Origin: Squalus acanthias
Lineage: Eukaryota
Direction: 5' to 3'
Length of the DNA stretch: 64,000 nucleotides
Assembly (NCBI GenBank): GCA_030390025.1
Contig: JASTWF010000329.1
Span: 124,001 to 188,000, forward strand
Shown here one piece after another: positions 1 to 12,133 of the stretch; position 1 is the first letter of the stretch, and every line of letters starts with the position of its first letter. The notes under the pieces were generated by a model. That model was not told the origin of the DNA. It searched no databases and worked only from the letters and a program-made list of their open reading frames with translations. The translations under genes were made by a program, and so were the position numbers.

Positions 1-2295
1 TTCCCCATCCCCGGGAGGCACAGGTCGGACAGACTCGGCTGTCTCACCCTCCCGAGGGACAGACGACCCCTGCCGATCGCGCGCGACGATGACGGTGGTG
101 GGGTGGGGCGCAGCACCCGCGGCGGGCGACTGCCCCCCTTTTGCGGAGGGACCTTCCTCCTCGCAGTCCTCCTGCTGGGGGCGGAGCTTTCTTTTTAACG
201 TATTGGGGCCCGGAGAGGGGGAGGCCTCCATGTCTGCTGGGGCCTCCCTCTCTGCCCCCTTCCGACGACTGGGTTTCTTGGGCCCCTCGGGCCCGAGCCC
301 GGCCGCAGGTCTTGATTCAGCTGCCTCAGCAGTTGCGGTCACGGTCACGGGCCCGGGCACGAGGACCCCCCCAGTCTCATGCGTCCCGACCAACTCCGCG
401 ATATACTCGGGCGTGAGTTCGGCCAATTCAGATGTTTCCTCCGCGAGGGGATCCGCCCTTATGTGTTTATTTTTCCTACGCGCCTTCCTTCCCCCCGGAC
501 GCTCTCCCTCCTCCCCGCCGGAGGCCGTGGTGGTGTTGGCCTCCGATTCCGACCGCGCATCCGTCGCCGTGCGGACAGCATCAGGGGGAGGGGGGGTGGC
601 GGCGCCAACCCTGGCCGCGCCAGGTGTCGTGGCGGCCTTGGAGGCGGGGCAGTTTTTGCGGACGTGCCCCACCTCCTTACAGGCGTAGCACCGCACGCCG
701 TCCGAGGTCCAGAAGACGCGGTGGGCGGTCCCCCCGTGGAGCACCGTGAACGCGCCGTCCGCGTCCTCCTCCCGCGCCAGCCGGACGAAAAGCTGGCGCC
801 GGAAGGAGAAGACGTGCCGAAGGCTGGCTTCCCGGAAGCCGAGCGGGATGGGTGTGATCCCCGACCTCACCTCCCCCAGTTGACGTAGGTGGGGGAGGAG
901 GAGCTCACCCGGAACAAAGGGCGGGACGTTGGAAACCACAATCCTTTGCGCGGTGGCCTCAAGGGGGTCCACCGGCAGGAAGGTCCCGCCCACGGTGAGC
1001 CCCTTCTCGATGGCCAGGGACACCGCCCGCTCCGACCCCAGGAAGAACACAGCCTTGCCGTACATTTTAGAGGCGGCGACGATGGCTGAAGGGCCGACAA
1101 CCCCAGCCATGGCTTTTACACACGCCTCTATAGTCATGTTGGGGTGAGTGTAGCTCTTGACCCCATTCTTCCTCGTAAGGAGGGTAAAAGGTGACGGGGT
1201 AACAGGAGGACTCGTGGCTGCGGCCGTGGCCGCGGCTGCCACGCTTGCGTACGTCCTCGCTGCCCCCGCCACCGACGAAGATGTACTCGCCATAATGGAG
1301 GGTTCTTTAAGGGCTACACTCACCCCAAGTCACAGGCCTGAAGGTGTTAATGGCCTCGGTTTTTTTTTTGTTTTCCCCCGAGCAGAGGGAGCTCTTAAAT
1401 TGAAGGCACACCTCTCCCTTTAGTTGATTGAATTGGGAGAGGGGCCTTCTCCCCTCTGCTCAATGGGTACTTAATTAAAATAGATTGAGGTGCCTCTTAG
1501 AGAGAGAGGCAGAGAGAGACAAGAGACAAAGAGAGAGAGAGAGAGGGGGGTGGGAAGGAGGGAAGCCGCAAGGGCAGGGTCGCCACTCAGGATGGTGGGT
1601 GGGTGGGTGTTGGCAGGGGGGTGCACTCTCCGATGTAATACAAGTCTTTGGTGGTGGTCTTCTGGTGGGGGGAGAAGATGTCTTCACCTGGGATAGCTGG
1701 AGATGCCCAGGCTCAGTCCTGCACCAGGTCTTAACGATGCCCAATTGGATTAAATTAATTGGGGAACTTCACCTAGGCAGCTCCAGCTGTCCCAGGTCAG
1801 GCAATGGGAAAGGGGTGTTTAATATGGTGTGTGCGGCCTAGCTTTTACAGAAGCCACACACACACACGCCCCTTGGATGTTCCGGCCTTCTTCTTGTCTT
1901 CTTTCCTCCCCCCACCTACAAAACAAAGTCTCTGGGAGAGTGCCCCAGAATCACACCCACCTGTAGCTGATATTCTTTCCTTCCTTCCTCCTTCCAAACA
2001 GATGATGTTTTGTTGTTTTCTCCCCTCTCTCCCTCTCCTAAAATGGAGGCCAATTGAGGAGGCAGTGTGGAAAGGCCTCTCCTCTGTTGTTAATGGCCTT
2101 GGCCTTCCTTTCCTTCTTTTCCTTCTCCTCTCCTGTCCTCTCTCTCCAGGCACCTCAGTTGTGGATGTGTTGGTTGTTGGTGGTGGGCTGTTGGCTGGTC
2201 TCCTTCTCCTTCTCCTCTTCCTGCTCACAGAGACCACCACTCTGCTGCTGCTGCTGCTCACCACAAGCTTGTGATTTCAAATAAAGCTGTTGGAC
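1..2295 (-). mobile_element. Tx1-clade non-LTR retrotransposon, copy 1 (5' UTR and ORF1 N-terminal part; runs off left edge)
   Basis: Near-identical to 7164-9464 at an offset of about 7169 bp. ORF1 ATG at 1293 on the minus strand, and the frame appears open to the window edge. It includes the CYACKEVGHVRKNC zinc knuckle. Confidence 0.93.
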
Positions 2296-2378
2296 TATAA
2301 CCTGGTGTTGATCTTTTTGGTTTGACAGAACGCAAATTTACTGTAAATCAATTAAAACTTGAAATGAAACTTAATAAA

Positions 2379-5300
2379 TCAAATTAAAATTTGAAAGTCC
2401 GGGGTGACGATGCACTCCAGTCCCCGCGGCGCCCACCGGTCGCGGAAAAACTCAAGCGTGCCGGCGGACACAGCGTGCTCCATCTCCAGGGCCACCCGGG
2501 CGCGAACATGGCCGCGGAAGAGAGGCAGGCAATCGGGCCGAACGACCCCCTCGACCGCCCGCTGCCTGGACCAATTAATGGCTTTCTTGGCCAGGCCCAG
2601 GAGCAGTCCTACGAGGAGGTCCTCCGACCTACCCGCTCCCCTCCGCACCGGGTGACCGTAGATCAGGAGCGTGGGGCTGAAGTGCAACCAGAAATTGAGG
2701 AGCAGCCCCTTCAAATAATGAAAGAGGGGCTGCAACCTCTCACATTCAACATAAATGTGATAAACGGACTCCTCCAGGCCGCAAAAATGGCAAGCAGCCT
2801 GGGAGTCCGTAAACCTACTTAAAATCCTATTGCACGGGACTGCTCCGTGCAACACCCTCCAGGCCAAGTCCCCAATAGAACAAGGGAAGACTCCCGCGTA
2901 GAGAGCCTTCCAATGGGGACCTTCGCCTCCGCCGGACGGCAGGATGGTACGCCAAGGCGTGTCCGGACGGCAGACGAAGATGGCAAAGTGGAGAGTGTGC
3001 AGGAGCAGCCCGTACAGGAAACGCCTCCGTGCGGATTGAAAGGGCACGGAGGGCATTTCTCCGAGAAGGCTCAAGTGGTGAGGCGGCGGCTCCCGAGGGA
3101 GGATTCGGGGCCGGGCGCCGATAAGGAATTCCGTCCGAACGGGGGTCAGTTCGGACGGGATCGCCCCACGTGCTTGAGCCTCCTCGACACACCTAGTGGA
3201 GACGGGGCCCAGTGCCACTTTTAGCGACTCGATGGCTTTGACCGCGAGCCGGACGTTGACCCAAGACATGCGCCTCGCCAACTCCTCCGGCGCCATCCAG
3301 CCCGCTCCTCCGCCATCGAGCAGGTCCCCGACTCTGGTCACCTTACCGGGCACAGCCCTGCCCTCCGCCAGCCAGCCGAACCCGCGGTCGTGGAGGTGCG
3401 GATTCCTGAACAGCGGCTCCCGAAGGACGGCCGCCGCTCCTGACGGGGGAGAACTGCGCTCGGAGGCGACGCTGTTCCAAACCCATAGCAGTTCCTGGTA
3501 GAAGACAGGCAGCTCCCGCAGGCTGGCACGCGTGCCACCCACTCTCACAAACAGGAGCTGCGTGTCGTAATTGAGGCCGTGCAGCTGGCGGAAGAAATAC
3601 GTCGCCAGCGCACGCCACCTAGGAGGATTCTCCACGTACAGGTATCTCTGCAGCGTCTGAAGACGGAAAGTCGCCGCCTGGGTGCGAAGGCACACCAGCG
3701 CCTGACCGCCCTCCCTAAGCGGGAGACTCAAAACCGCGGCAGAGACCCAGTGCTTCCTTTTGTCCCAGAAGAAGTCGACGAGCTTCTTCTGCATCTTGGC
3801 GACAAACGCAGGGGGAGGGATCAAAGTGACCAACCGGTACCACAACATGGCGGCCACCAGCTGGTTTATGACCAGCGCTCGACCCCTGTAGGACAACACT
3901 CGGAGCAGTCCTGTCCAGCGTCCTAGGCGAGCGGTGACTTTGGCCTCCAGCTCTTGCCAGTTCGCCGGCCAGGCGTCCTCGGCCGGGCTGAGGTAGACTC
4001 CCAGGTAGAGGAGGTGCGTGGTGCTCCAGGCGAAAGGCCCGAACTCCTCCGGCAGGGAGTCCACCTGCCATGGGCCCACCAGGAGTCCAGAACATTTCTC
4101 CCAGTTGATCTTGGCGGAGGATGCGTCCGAGTAAATCTGCTGGCATTCTCGCATCCTCCGCAAGTCGACGGGATCCGTGACCGCGAGGAGCACGTCATCG
4201 GCGTAAGCCGAGAGGACCACCTCCACGCCCGGCCCTTGCAGAGCCAGTCCCGTCAACCTCTTCCGCAAGAGGCGCAGGAAAGGCTCCACGCAAACGGCGT
4301 ATAACTGACCGGACATGGGGCATCCCTGACGCACCCCCCTCCCGAAGCGAAGGGGCGCCGTCAAAGACCCGTTAACTTTAATCAGACACTCCGCGGCGGC
4401 GTACAGAAGTCGGATCCGGGCGACGAAATGCGTCCCGAACCCGAATGCGCGCAGAGTCCCGAAAAGATACTCGTGATCCACCCTGTCGAACGCCTTCTCC
4501 TGATCCAGGGAAAGGAAGGCGACCGACAGACCAGCCCTCTGGGAATGGTGGACCAGGTCCCGGACCAGATGGATGTTATCGTGGATACTCCGGCCCGGGA
4601 CCGTGTAGGACTGGTCGGGGTGGATCATGCGGGCCAGCACGGTGCCAAGGCGAGCAGACATAGCCCTGGCGAAAATTTTGTAGTCCGTGCTGAGGAGGGA
4701 GACCGGGCGCCAGTTCTTAAGTAGGCGGAGATCGCCCTTCTTGGGCAGCAGGACGATGACCGCCCTGCGCCAAGAGAGGGGCATCTCCCCGGTCGCCAGA
4801 CTTTCCCCCAGGACCCGCGCGTAGTCGTCCCCCAAGACGTCCCAGAACGCCCTGTGGAACTCCACGGTCAGCCCGTCCAGCCCCGGGGACTTGCCCCTCG
4901 AGAGCTGGCGCAGGGCGCCGGTCAGCTCCGCCAGGCTTAGCGGAGCTTCTAAATTCTCGGCGCCCTCCGGGCCGACCTTCGGCAGGTCCTCCCACAAAAC
5001 TCTGCGCGCATCCTCGCTGGACGGATCCGAAGAGAACAGAGCCCCGTAATAGGCCCGGGCCTCCGCGCTGATGCCCTCCGGATCCGAGACCAGAGATCCG
5101 TCGTCGGCCAGCAGCCCCAAGAGCTGCTTACGGACCCCCCGTCTTTTTTCCAGCGAGTAGAAGAAGGGGGAGCCGCGGTCCAGGTCCCGCAGGAACTGGA
5201 TCCGCGACCTCACGTACGCGCCTCGGGACCCGACCAGCTGCAGGTCCTTCAGCGCGCCCTTCTTCTCTTCGTACACCTTCCGCAGGGCCGGGTCCTCGAC

Positions 5301-6279
5301 GACCTGACCGAGACAGGACTCCAGGTCGAGCACTTCTTTCTCCAATCGCCCGACCCGGGCCTCCCGCCTCTTGGTCGACCCCTTCGCGTACTCCTGACAG
5401 AAGACGCGGACGTGAGCCTTGCCCACGTCCCACCATAGCCTCAAGGAGGGGAAGCCTCCCCGCTTCCTTCTCCAGTCGGCCCAGAACCGGCGAAACGAAT
5501 CCCGGAACCGCGCGTCCTCCAGCAGCAGGTTGTTAAAATGCCAGTACGCGGACCCCCCCCCGCGCGCGCAGCGGAGCGAGCTCCGCCCACACCAGGTGGT
5601 GGTCCGTGCACGGCACCGGCCGCATGGAAGCCGCCGGAACGCAGGAGACGTACGCCCGGGAAATGTAAAGGCGGTCGATTCTGGACCTTCCTCCTCCAGA
5701 CCTCACGCTCGTGAAGGCGCTGGAGTCGGGATGGAGATTTCGCCAGACGTCCACCAAGTCGAAGGACCCGACCAGGTCCCGCAACTTCTCCATCGCCGCC
5801 GGGCTTCGCGGGGGACCCGACCGGTCCCGCGCCTCGAGGGTACAATTGAAATCCCCCCCGAGGATGACGCACTCGCCCACGTCGATGGAGCCCAGAAGAG
5901 CGGACACTTCTCCGAAGAAGCGCACTTGCTGCGCACCGGTCCGGGGGGCGTACACGTTCACTAAATGGAGCGGCACGCCTCCCAGGCGAACAGTGACCTG
6001 GAGCAAGCGGCCCGGCACGTGCTCCTTGACCCTCAAGATCTCCGGCTGAAAATGCGGGGCCAGCAAGACAGCCACCCCGCAGGAATTGTTGGAGAGGTGA
6101 CTCATGCTGACCCCTCCTTGCCACTCCAGGAGCCACGTGGCCTCGTCTCCCGGAACGGTGTGGGTTTCTTGCAGGAAGCACACCGCATATTTCCCGTCCC
6201 GAAGGACCGAGAAGTTATTGAATCTACGGCGCGCCTCCCTGCTGCCGTTGATGTTGAGGCTGGCTATGGTTATCTTCAT
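2379..6279 (-). CDS. Tx1 ORF2: APE endonuclease + reverse transcriptase + C-terminal CCHC; one frameshift in a G-run near 5553-5561
   Basis: Endonuclease motifs MKITIASLNING, FLQETH, GGDFN, SRIDRLY and TDHH in ORF 5533-6297. RT motifs KSPGLDG, NWRPVSLL, LDQEKAFDRV, GVRQGCP and YADD, plus CHFCGLEESVYHIYVEC, in ORF 2379-5444. Removing one G joins the two frames. Confidence 0.93.
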
Positions 6280-6304
6280 CTCAGAAGCATAGTGCAACCT
6301 CTAC

Positions 6305-8462
6305 CTAACGGAGGGGAGGGAGGGCGGTCACTGACGACCGCCACTCCCTCAGCAGCCCAGTGTGGAACGTCTTGAGCCGACGCAGCTCGAGCCGGCCAAC
6401 GTCCTTGTCCGCGCCCATGATTTTAACGGCGGCGCGGACGGACACGACGAGCAGCGCCAGCTCCGACCACTTGTCGAGGGCCAGCCGGATCTTCTTGTGA
6501 CGACCCTGGCTCACGGCCATAAAATCCCGGAGTTCCCCTACGGGGATGAGGGGAGAGTCGGTGAAGGGCACGAGGGCGTCCATCACCTCGCTGCCGATGG
6601 ACTCCAAATCGTCCTCGATGCCCCCCACCGAGTCCCCGTCCTCCTCCGGGAGGTCGTCACCGGCGGCCAACCCGTCCGTCACACAGGGTGCAGCGAACGG
6701 CTCGGCCGCACCGGCCGGCCCCGCCTCCGTCACGATCCCACCCCCAGGATCGGTGGCAGAGGAGTCCACCCTGGGCTCCTTCAGGGGCGCCGGGCCGGGA
6801 GGCGGCGGCGGCGGTTCGGGGCCCCCCCCCCGCCTCAGGCGCCGGGGCGACCGGAGAAACCGGGGAGAAAATAATCCCAAATTCCTCCAGCACGTCCGGC
6901 GCCAACAACAGAGACGGAGTCAGGGGGCTTTCCGTCTCCCCGCCACCAACCTCCGACCCAGCGGGCTGGGGATTGCTACACTCCTCCACCAGGTCGAGCA
7001 GTCCCTGGGAGATATCTGGGTTATAAAAGGCGGGCTCGGCTTCAGCCTCTTTGGCCTCGCCCGCCCCAGTCCCCAGGACGCCCGACCCGGCGAGGAGCAA
7101 CGGTTCAGGTTCTACATTTCCCTCCGCGGGTTGTTCCGCGCCCCCCCCCACGGGCAGGGTCTCTTCCCCATCCCCGGGAGGCACAGGTCGGACAGACTCG
7201 GCTGTCTCACCCTCCCGAGGGACAGACGACCCCTGCCGATCGCGCGCGACGATGACGGTGGTGGGGTGGGGCGCAGCACCCGCGGCGGGCGACTGCCCCC
7301 CTTTTGCGGAGGGACCTTCCTCCTCGCAGTCCTCCTGCTGGGGGCGGAGCTTTCTTTTTAACAAATTGGGGCCCGGAGAGGGGGAGGCCTCCATGTCTGC
7401 TGGGGCCTCCCTCTCTGCCCCCTTCCGACGACTGGGTTTCTTGGGCCCCTCGGGCCCGAGCCCGGCCGCAGGTCTTGATTCAGCTGCCTCAGCAGTTGCG
7501 GTCACGGTCACGGGCCCGGGCACGAGGACCCCCCCAGTCTCATGCGTCCCGACCAACTCCGCGATATACTCGGGCGTGAGTTCGGTCAATTCTGATGTTT
7601 CCTCCGCGAGGGGATCCGCCCTTAGGTGTTTAGTTTTCCTACGCGCCTTCCTTCCCCCCGGACGCTCTCCCTCCTCCCCGCCGGAGGCCGTGGTGGTGTT
7701 GGCCTCCGATTTCGACCGCGCATCCGTCGCCGTCGACGCGCGGACAGTATCAGGGGGAGGGGGGGCGGCGGCGCCAACCCTGGCCGCGCCAGGTGTCGTG
7801 GCGGCCTTGGAGGCGGGGCAGTTTTTGCGGACGTGCCCCACCTCCTTACAGGCGTAGCACCGCACGCCGTCCGAGGTCCAGAAGACGCGGTGGGCGGTCC
7901 CCCCGTGGAGCACCGTGAACGCGCCATCCGCGTCCTCCTCCCGCGCCAGCTGGACGAAAAGCTGGCGCCGGAAGGAGAAGACGTGCCGAAGGCTGGCTTC
8001 CCGGAAGCCGAGCGGGATGGGTGTGATCCCCGACCTCACCTCCCCCAGTTGACGTAGGTGGGGGAGGAGGAGCTCACCCGGAACAAAGGGCGGGACGTTG
8101 GAAACCACAATCCTTTGCGCGGTGGCCTCAAGGGGGTCCACCGGCAGGAAGGTCCCGCCCACGGTGAGCCCCTTCTCGATGGCCAGGGACACCGCCCGCT
8201 CCGACCCCAGGAAGAACACAGCCTTGCCGTACATTTTAGAGGCGGCGACGATGGCTGAAGGGCCGACAACCCCAGCCATGGCTTTAACGCACGCCTCTAT
8301 AGTCATGTTGGGGTGAGTGTAGCTCTTGACCCCATTCTTCCTCGTAAGGAGGGTAAAAGGTGACGGGGTAACAGGAGGACTCGTGGCTGCGGCCGTGGCC
8401 GCGGCTGCCACGCTCGCGTACGTCCTCGCTGCCCCCGCCACCGACGAAGATGTGCTCGCCAT
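6305..8462 (-). CDS. Tx1 ORF1 (nucleic-acid-binding protein with zinc knuckle); one frameshift in a G10 run at 6822-6831
   Basis: MASTSSS start, ASKMYGKAVFFL / VVSNVPPF region and CYACKEVGHVRKNC. The C-terminal part continues in frame 6305-6880 and ends just before the ORF2 start. Confidence 0.88.
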
Positions 8463-9433
8463 AATGGAGGGTTCTTTAAGGGCTACACTCACCCCAAGTC
8501 ACAGGCCTGAAGGTGTTAATGGCCTCGGTTTTTTATTTTGTTTCCCCTGAGCAGAGGGAGCTCTTAAATTGAAGGCACACCTCTCCCTTTAGTTGATTGA
8601 ATTGGGAGAGGGGCCTTCTCCCCTCTGCTCAATGGGTACTTAATAAAAAGTAATTGAGGTGCCTCTTAGAGAGAGAGGCAGAGAGAGACAAGAGACAAAG
8701 AGAGAGAGAGAGGGGGGTAGGAAGGAGGGAAGCCGCAAGGGCAGGGTCGCCACTCAGGATGGTGGGTGGGTGGGTGTTGGCAGGGGGGTGCACTCTCCGA
8801 TGTAATAAAAGTCTTTGGTGGTGGTCTTCTGGTGGGGGGAGAAGATGTCTTCACCTGGGATAGCTGGAGATGCCCAGGCTCAGTCCTGCACCAGGTCTTA
8901 ACGATGCCCAATTGGATATAATTAATTGGGGAACTTCACCTAGGCAGCTCCAGCTGTCCCAGGTCAGGCAATGGGAAAGGGGTGTTTAATATGGTGTGTG
9001 CGGCCTAGCTTTTACAGAAGCCACACACACACACACCCCTTGGATGTTCCGGCCCTCTTCTTTTCTTCTTTCCTCCCCCCACCTACAAAACAAAGTCTCT
9101 GGGAGAGTGCCCCAGAATCACACCCACCTGTAGATGTTGTTCTTTCCTTCCTTCCTCCTTCCAAACAGATGATGTTTGTTGGTGATGTTTTTCTCCCCTC
9201 TCTCCCTCTCCTAAAATGGAGGCCAATTGAGGAGGCAGTGTGGAAAGGCCTCTCCTCTGTTGTTAATGGCCTTGGCCTTCCTTTCTTTCCTCTCTCCTCT
9301 CCTGTCCTCTCTCTCCAGGCACCTCAGTTGTGGTTGTTGGTTGTTGGTGGTGGTCTGCTGTCTGGTCTCCTTCTCCTTCTCCTCTTCCTGCTCACAGAGA
9401 CCACCACTCTGCTGCTGCTGCTTCAGCAGCTCG

Positions 9434-9531
9434 AAGCTTGTGATTTCAAATAAAGCTGTTGGACTATAACCTGGTGTTGTGCGACTTCTCATTTTTGTCC
9501 ACCCCAGTCCAACACCGGCATCTCCGCATCA
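9434..9531 (+). mobile_element. Penelope-type terminal repeat (pLTR) 3' fragment, the Tx1 target
   Basis: AAGCTTGTGATTTCAAATAAAGCTGTTGGACTATAACCTGGTGTTG...CCAGTCCAACACCGGCATCTCCGCATCA. Homologous to 18745-18850 and to 47392-47459 plus 48282-48360, the latter carrying a hammerhead. Absent from the paralogous site at about 62313. The Penelope assignment is from recall of the motif. Confidence 0.75.
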
Positions 9532-9636
9532 CAGTTATTTGATTCAGACTCTCCACACTCAGATTTCTCACCATCTCTCCTGAAGGCGCTGGTAAAACAT
9601 CCTACACATTGTAACAGAAGAACTCCAGAGCTGGGC

Positions 9637-10420
9637 CCCCCATTTACAGTCCCAGGGCTGAAATTCCCATGTACAGTCCCAGGGTTAGAATCCCCATGAA
9701 CAGTCCCAGGGTTGGAATCCCCATGTACAGTCCCAGGGTTGGAATCCCCATGTACAGTCCCAGGGTTTGAATCCCCATGTACAGTCCCAGGGTTAGAATC
9801 CCCATGTACAGTCCCAGGGTTAGAATCCCCATGTACAGCCCCAGGGTTGGAATCCCCATGTACAGTCCCAGGGTTAGAATCCCCATGTACAGTCCCAGGG
9901 TTAGAATCCCCATGTACAGTCCCAGGTTAGAATCCCCATGTACAGTCCCAGGGTTAGAATCCCCATGTACAGTCTCGGTTAGAATCCCCATGTACAGTCC
10001 CAGGGTTAGAATCCCCATGTACAGTCCCAGGGTTAGAATCCCCATGTACAGTCCCAGGGTTAGAATCCCCTTGTACAGTTCCAGGGTTGGAATCCCCATG
10101 TACAGTCCCAGGGTTAGAATCCCCATGCACAGTCCCAGGGTTGGAATCCCCATGTACAGTCCCAGGGTTGGGATCCCCATGTGCAGTTCCAGGGTTGGAA
10201 TCCCCATGTACAGTCCCAGGGTTAGAATCCCCATGTACAGTCCCAGGGTTGGAATCCCCATGTACAGTCCCAGGGTTGGGATCCCCATGCACAGTTCCAG
10301 GGTTGGAATCCCCATGTACAGTCCCAGGGTTAGAATCCCCATGTACAGTCCCAGATTTGGAATCCCCATGTACAGTCCCAGGGTTGGAATCCCCATGTAC
10401 ATTCGCAGGGCTGGAACCCT
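9637..10420. repeat. 27-bp minisatellite (ATCCCCATGTACAGTCCCAGGGTTRGA), ~29 copies
   Basis: Direct tandem repeat. The same array precedes the other type-A ZNF exons. Confidence 0.97.
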
Positions 10421-11011
10421 CAGCAACACCGAGTGCGGGTCTCAGGCCCCGAGTCAGATCCGCCAGGCCTCAGCAACACCGAGTAGGAACGGCGATATAT
10501 GCCCAAGTCAGGATAGTGTGTGACTTGGAGGGGAATTGGGAGGTGATGGTGTTCCCATGCACCTGCTGCCCTTCTAGGTGGTGGAGGTTGCGTGTTTGGG
10601 AGGTGCTGTCAAAGTTCTAGTCGAGTTGCAGATGTATAAAGTCGCTCTCCTTCACTCCTCCCCCTCCCACCTCGCTCTCTCCTCCCATAGAAACCAGAGT
10701 CTTGTGTAGGCCCAGACCGGGTGGCGGGTTCCCTTCCCTGAAGGACATTAGTGAACCAGTTGGGTTTTTACGACATTCCGGCAGCTTTCATGGTCACTTT
10801 TTTCGAGTGCCGGCCCCACAAATTCCCAGATTCATTCAGCTCAATTTCACAACCTGCCTTTGTGTTTTTGTGGGTTCTCTCTCACCCTCCCTTTTTCCTG
10901 TTTCTAATTCATTTTACAGGCTGTTCGAAGGGGAGGATTTGCAGACGGGAAACTCAAACCAAACCTCACTTCAAGATCTGACAGTTACTCGATTCATCAG
11001 GACCTTTGAGC

Positions 11012-12133
11012 ATGGAAGCAGAAAGCACCGTTCAGAGCGGGGAGAAACCGTACACATGTTCTGTGTGTGGACGAGGCTTCAGCCGATCCTCTTGCCTGTC
11101 GAGACACAAGCGCAGTCACACCGGGGAGAGGCCGTTCACCTGCTCCGAGTGTGGGAAGGGATTCACTCAGTCATTCCACCTGCTGACACACCAGCGAGTT
11201 CACACTGACGAGAGACCTTTTAAATGTCAGGACTGCGGGAAGTGCTTTAAAAGTTCCAGGGAACTGACACTCCATCATAGTGTTCACACTGACAAGAGAC
11301 CGTTCAGGTGCTCTCACTGCGGGACTGGGTTTAGGCGATCATCTGACTTCACTGTACACCAGCGCACTCACACCGGGGAGAGGCCGTTCACTTGCTCTGA
11401 GTGTGGGAAGGGATTCACTCGGTCATCCAGCCTGCTGACACACCAGCGAGTTCACACTGGGGAGAGGCCGTTCACCTGCTCTGACTGTGGAACAGGATTC
11501 ACTCGGTCATCCGACCTGCTGATACACCAGCGAGTTCACACCGGGGAGAGGCCTTTTAAATGCCCGGTCTGTGGAAAGTGTTATAAAAGTTCCAGCGAAC
11601 TGATGTCCCATCAACGTGCTCACACTGACGAGAGACCGTTCAGGTGCTCTCATTGCGGGACTGGGTTCAGGCGATCATCTGAACTCACTGTACACCAGCG
11701 CACTCACACCGGGGAGAGGCCGTTCACCTGCTCTGAGTGTGGGAAGGGATTCACTCGGTCATCCAGCCTGCTGACACACCAGCGAGTTCACACTGGGGAG
11801 AGGCCATTCACCTGCTCTGAGTGTGGGAAGGGATTCACTCAGTCATCCAACCTGCTGAAACACCAGCGAGTTCACACTGGGGAGAGACCGTTCACCTGCT
11901 CTGAGTGTGGGAAGGGATTCACTCGGTCATCCGACCTGCTGACACACCAGCGAGTTCACACTGGGGAGAGGCCGTTCACCTGCTCCGAGTGTGGGAAGGG
12001 ATTCACTCGGTTATGCAACCTGTTGACACACCAGCGAGTTCACACTGGGGAGGGGCCGTTCACCTGCTCCGTGTGTGGGAAGGGATTCACTCATTCATCC
12101 AACCTGCTGACACACCAGCGAGTTCACAAGTGA
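11012..12133 (+). CDS. C2H2 zinc-finger protein, type A copy 1 (13 fingers)
   Basis: 13 CxxC-x12-HxxxH fingers with TGERP linkers. Polypyrimidine tract and TTTTACAG acceptor ending at 10919. ATG at 11012. Confidence 0.93.
   Translation: MEAESTVQSGEKPYTCSVCGRGFSRSSCLSRHKRSHTGERPFTCSECGKGFTQSFHLLTHQRVHTDERPFKCQDCGKCFKSSRELTLHHSVHTDKRPFRCSHCGTGFRRSSDFTVHQRTHTGERPFTCSECGKGFTRSSSLLTHQRVHTGERPFTCSDCGTGFTRSSDLLIHQRVHTGERPFKCPVCGKCYKSSSELMSHQRAHTDERPFRCSHCGTGFRRSSELTVHQRTHTGERPFTCSECGKGFTRSSSLLTHQRVHTGERPFTCSECGKGFTQSSNLLKHQRVHTGERPFTCSECGKGFTRSSDLLTHQRVHTGERPFTCSECGKGFTRLCNLLTHQRVHTGEGPFTCSVCGKGFTHSSNLLTHQRVHK

Larger units (their letters stand above)
2311..9464 (-). mobile_element. Tx1-clade non-LTR retrotransposon, copy 2, full length (~7.15 kb)
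   Basis: About 1 kb of microsatellite-rich 5' UTR, then ORF1 with a CCHC knuckle, then ORF2 (APE endonuclease-RT-CCHC), then a very short 3' UTR ending ...CAAACCAAAAAGAT. Flanked by TATAACCTGGTGTTG at 2296-2310 and 9465-9479. Confidence 0.95.

Noticed and set aside
89..9492. Numerous plus-strand ORFs overlapping Tx1
   Set aside because: They are antisense shadows of GC-rich coding sequence with no recognisable domains.
9644..10620. Repetitive ORFs (MYSPRVGIP / LGLYMGIPT), also at 52473-53009 and 62321-63164
   Set aside because: A 27-bp minisatellite is open in several frames by arithmetic, and it lies upstream of the ZNF splice acceptor.
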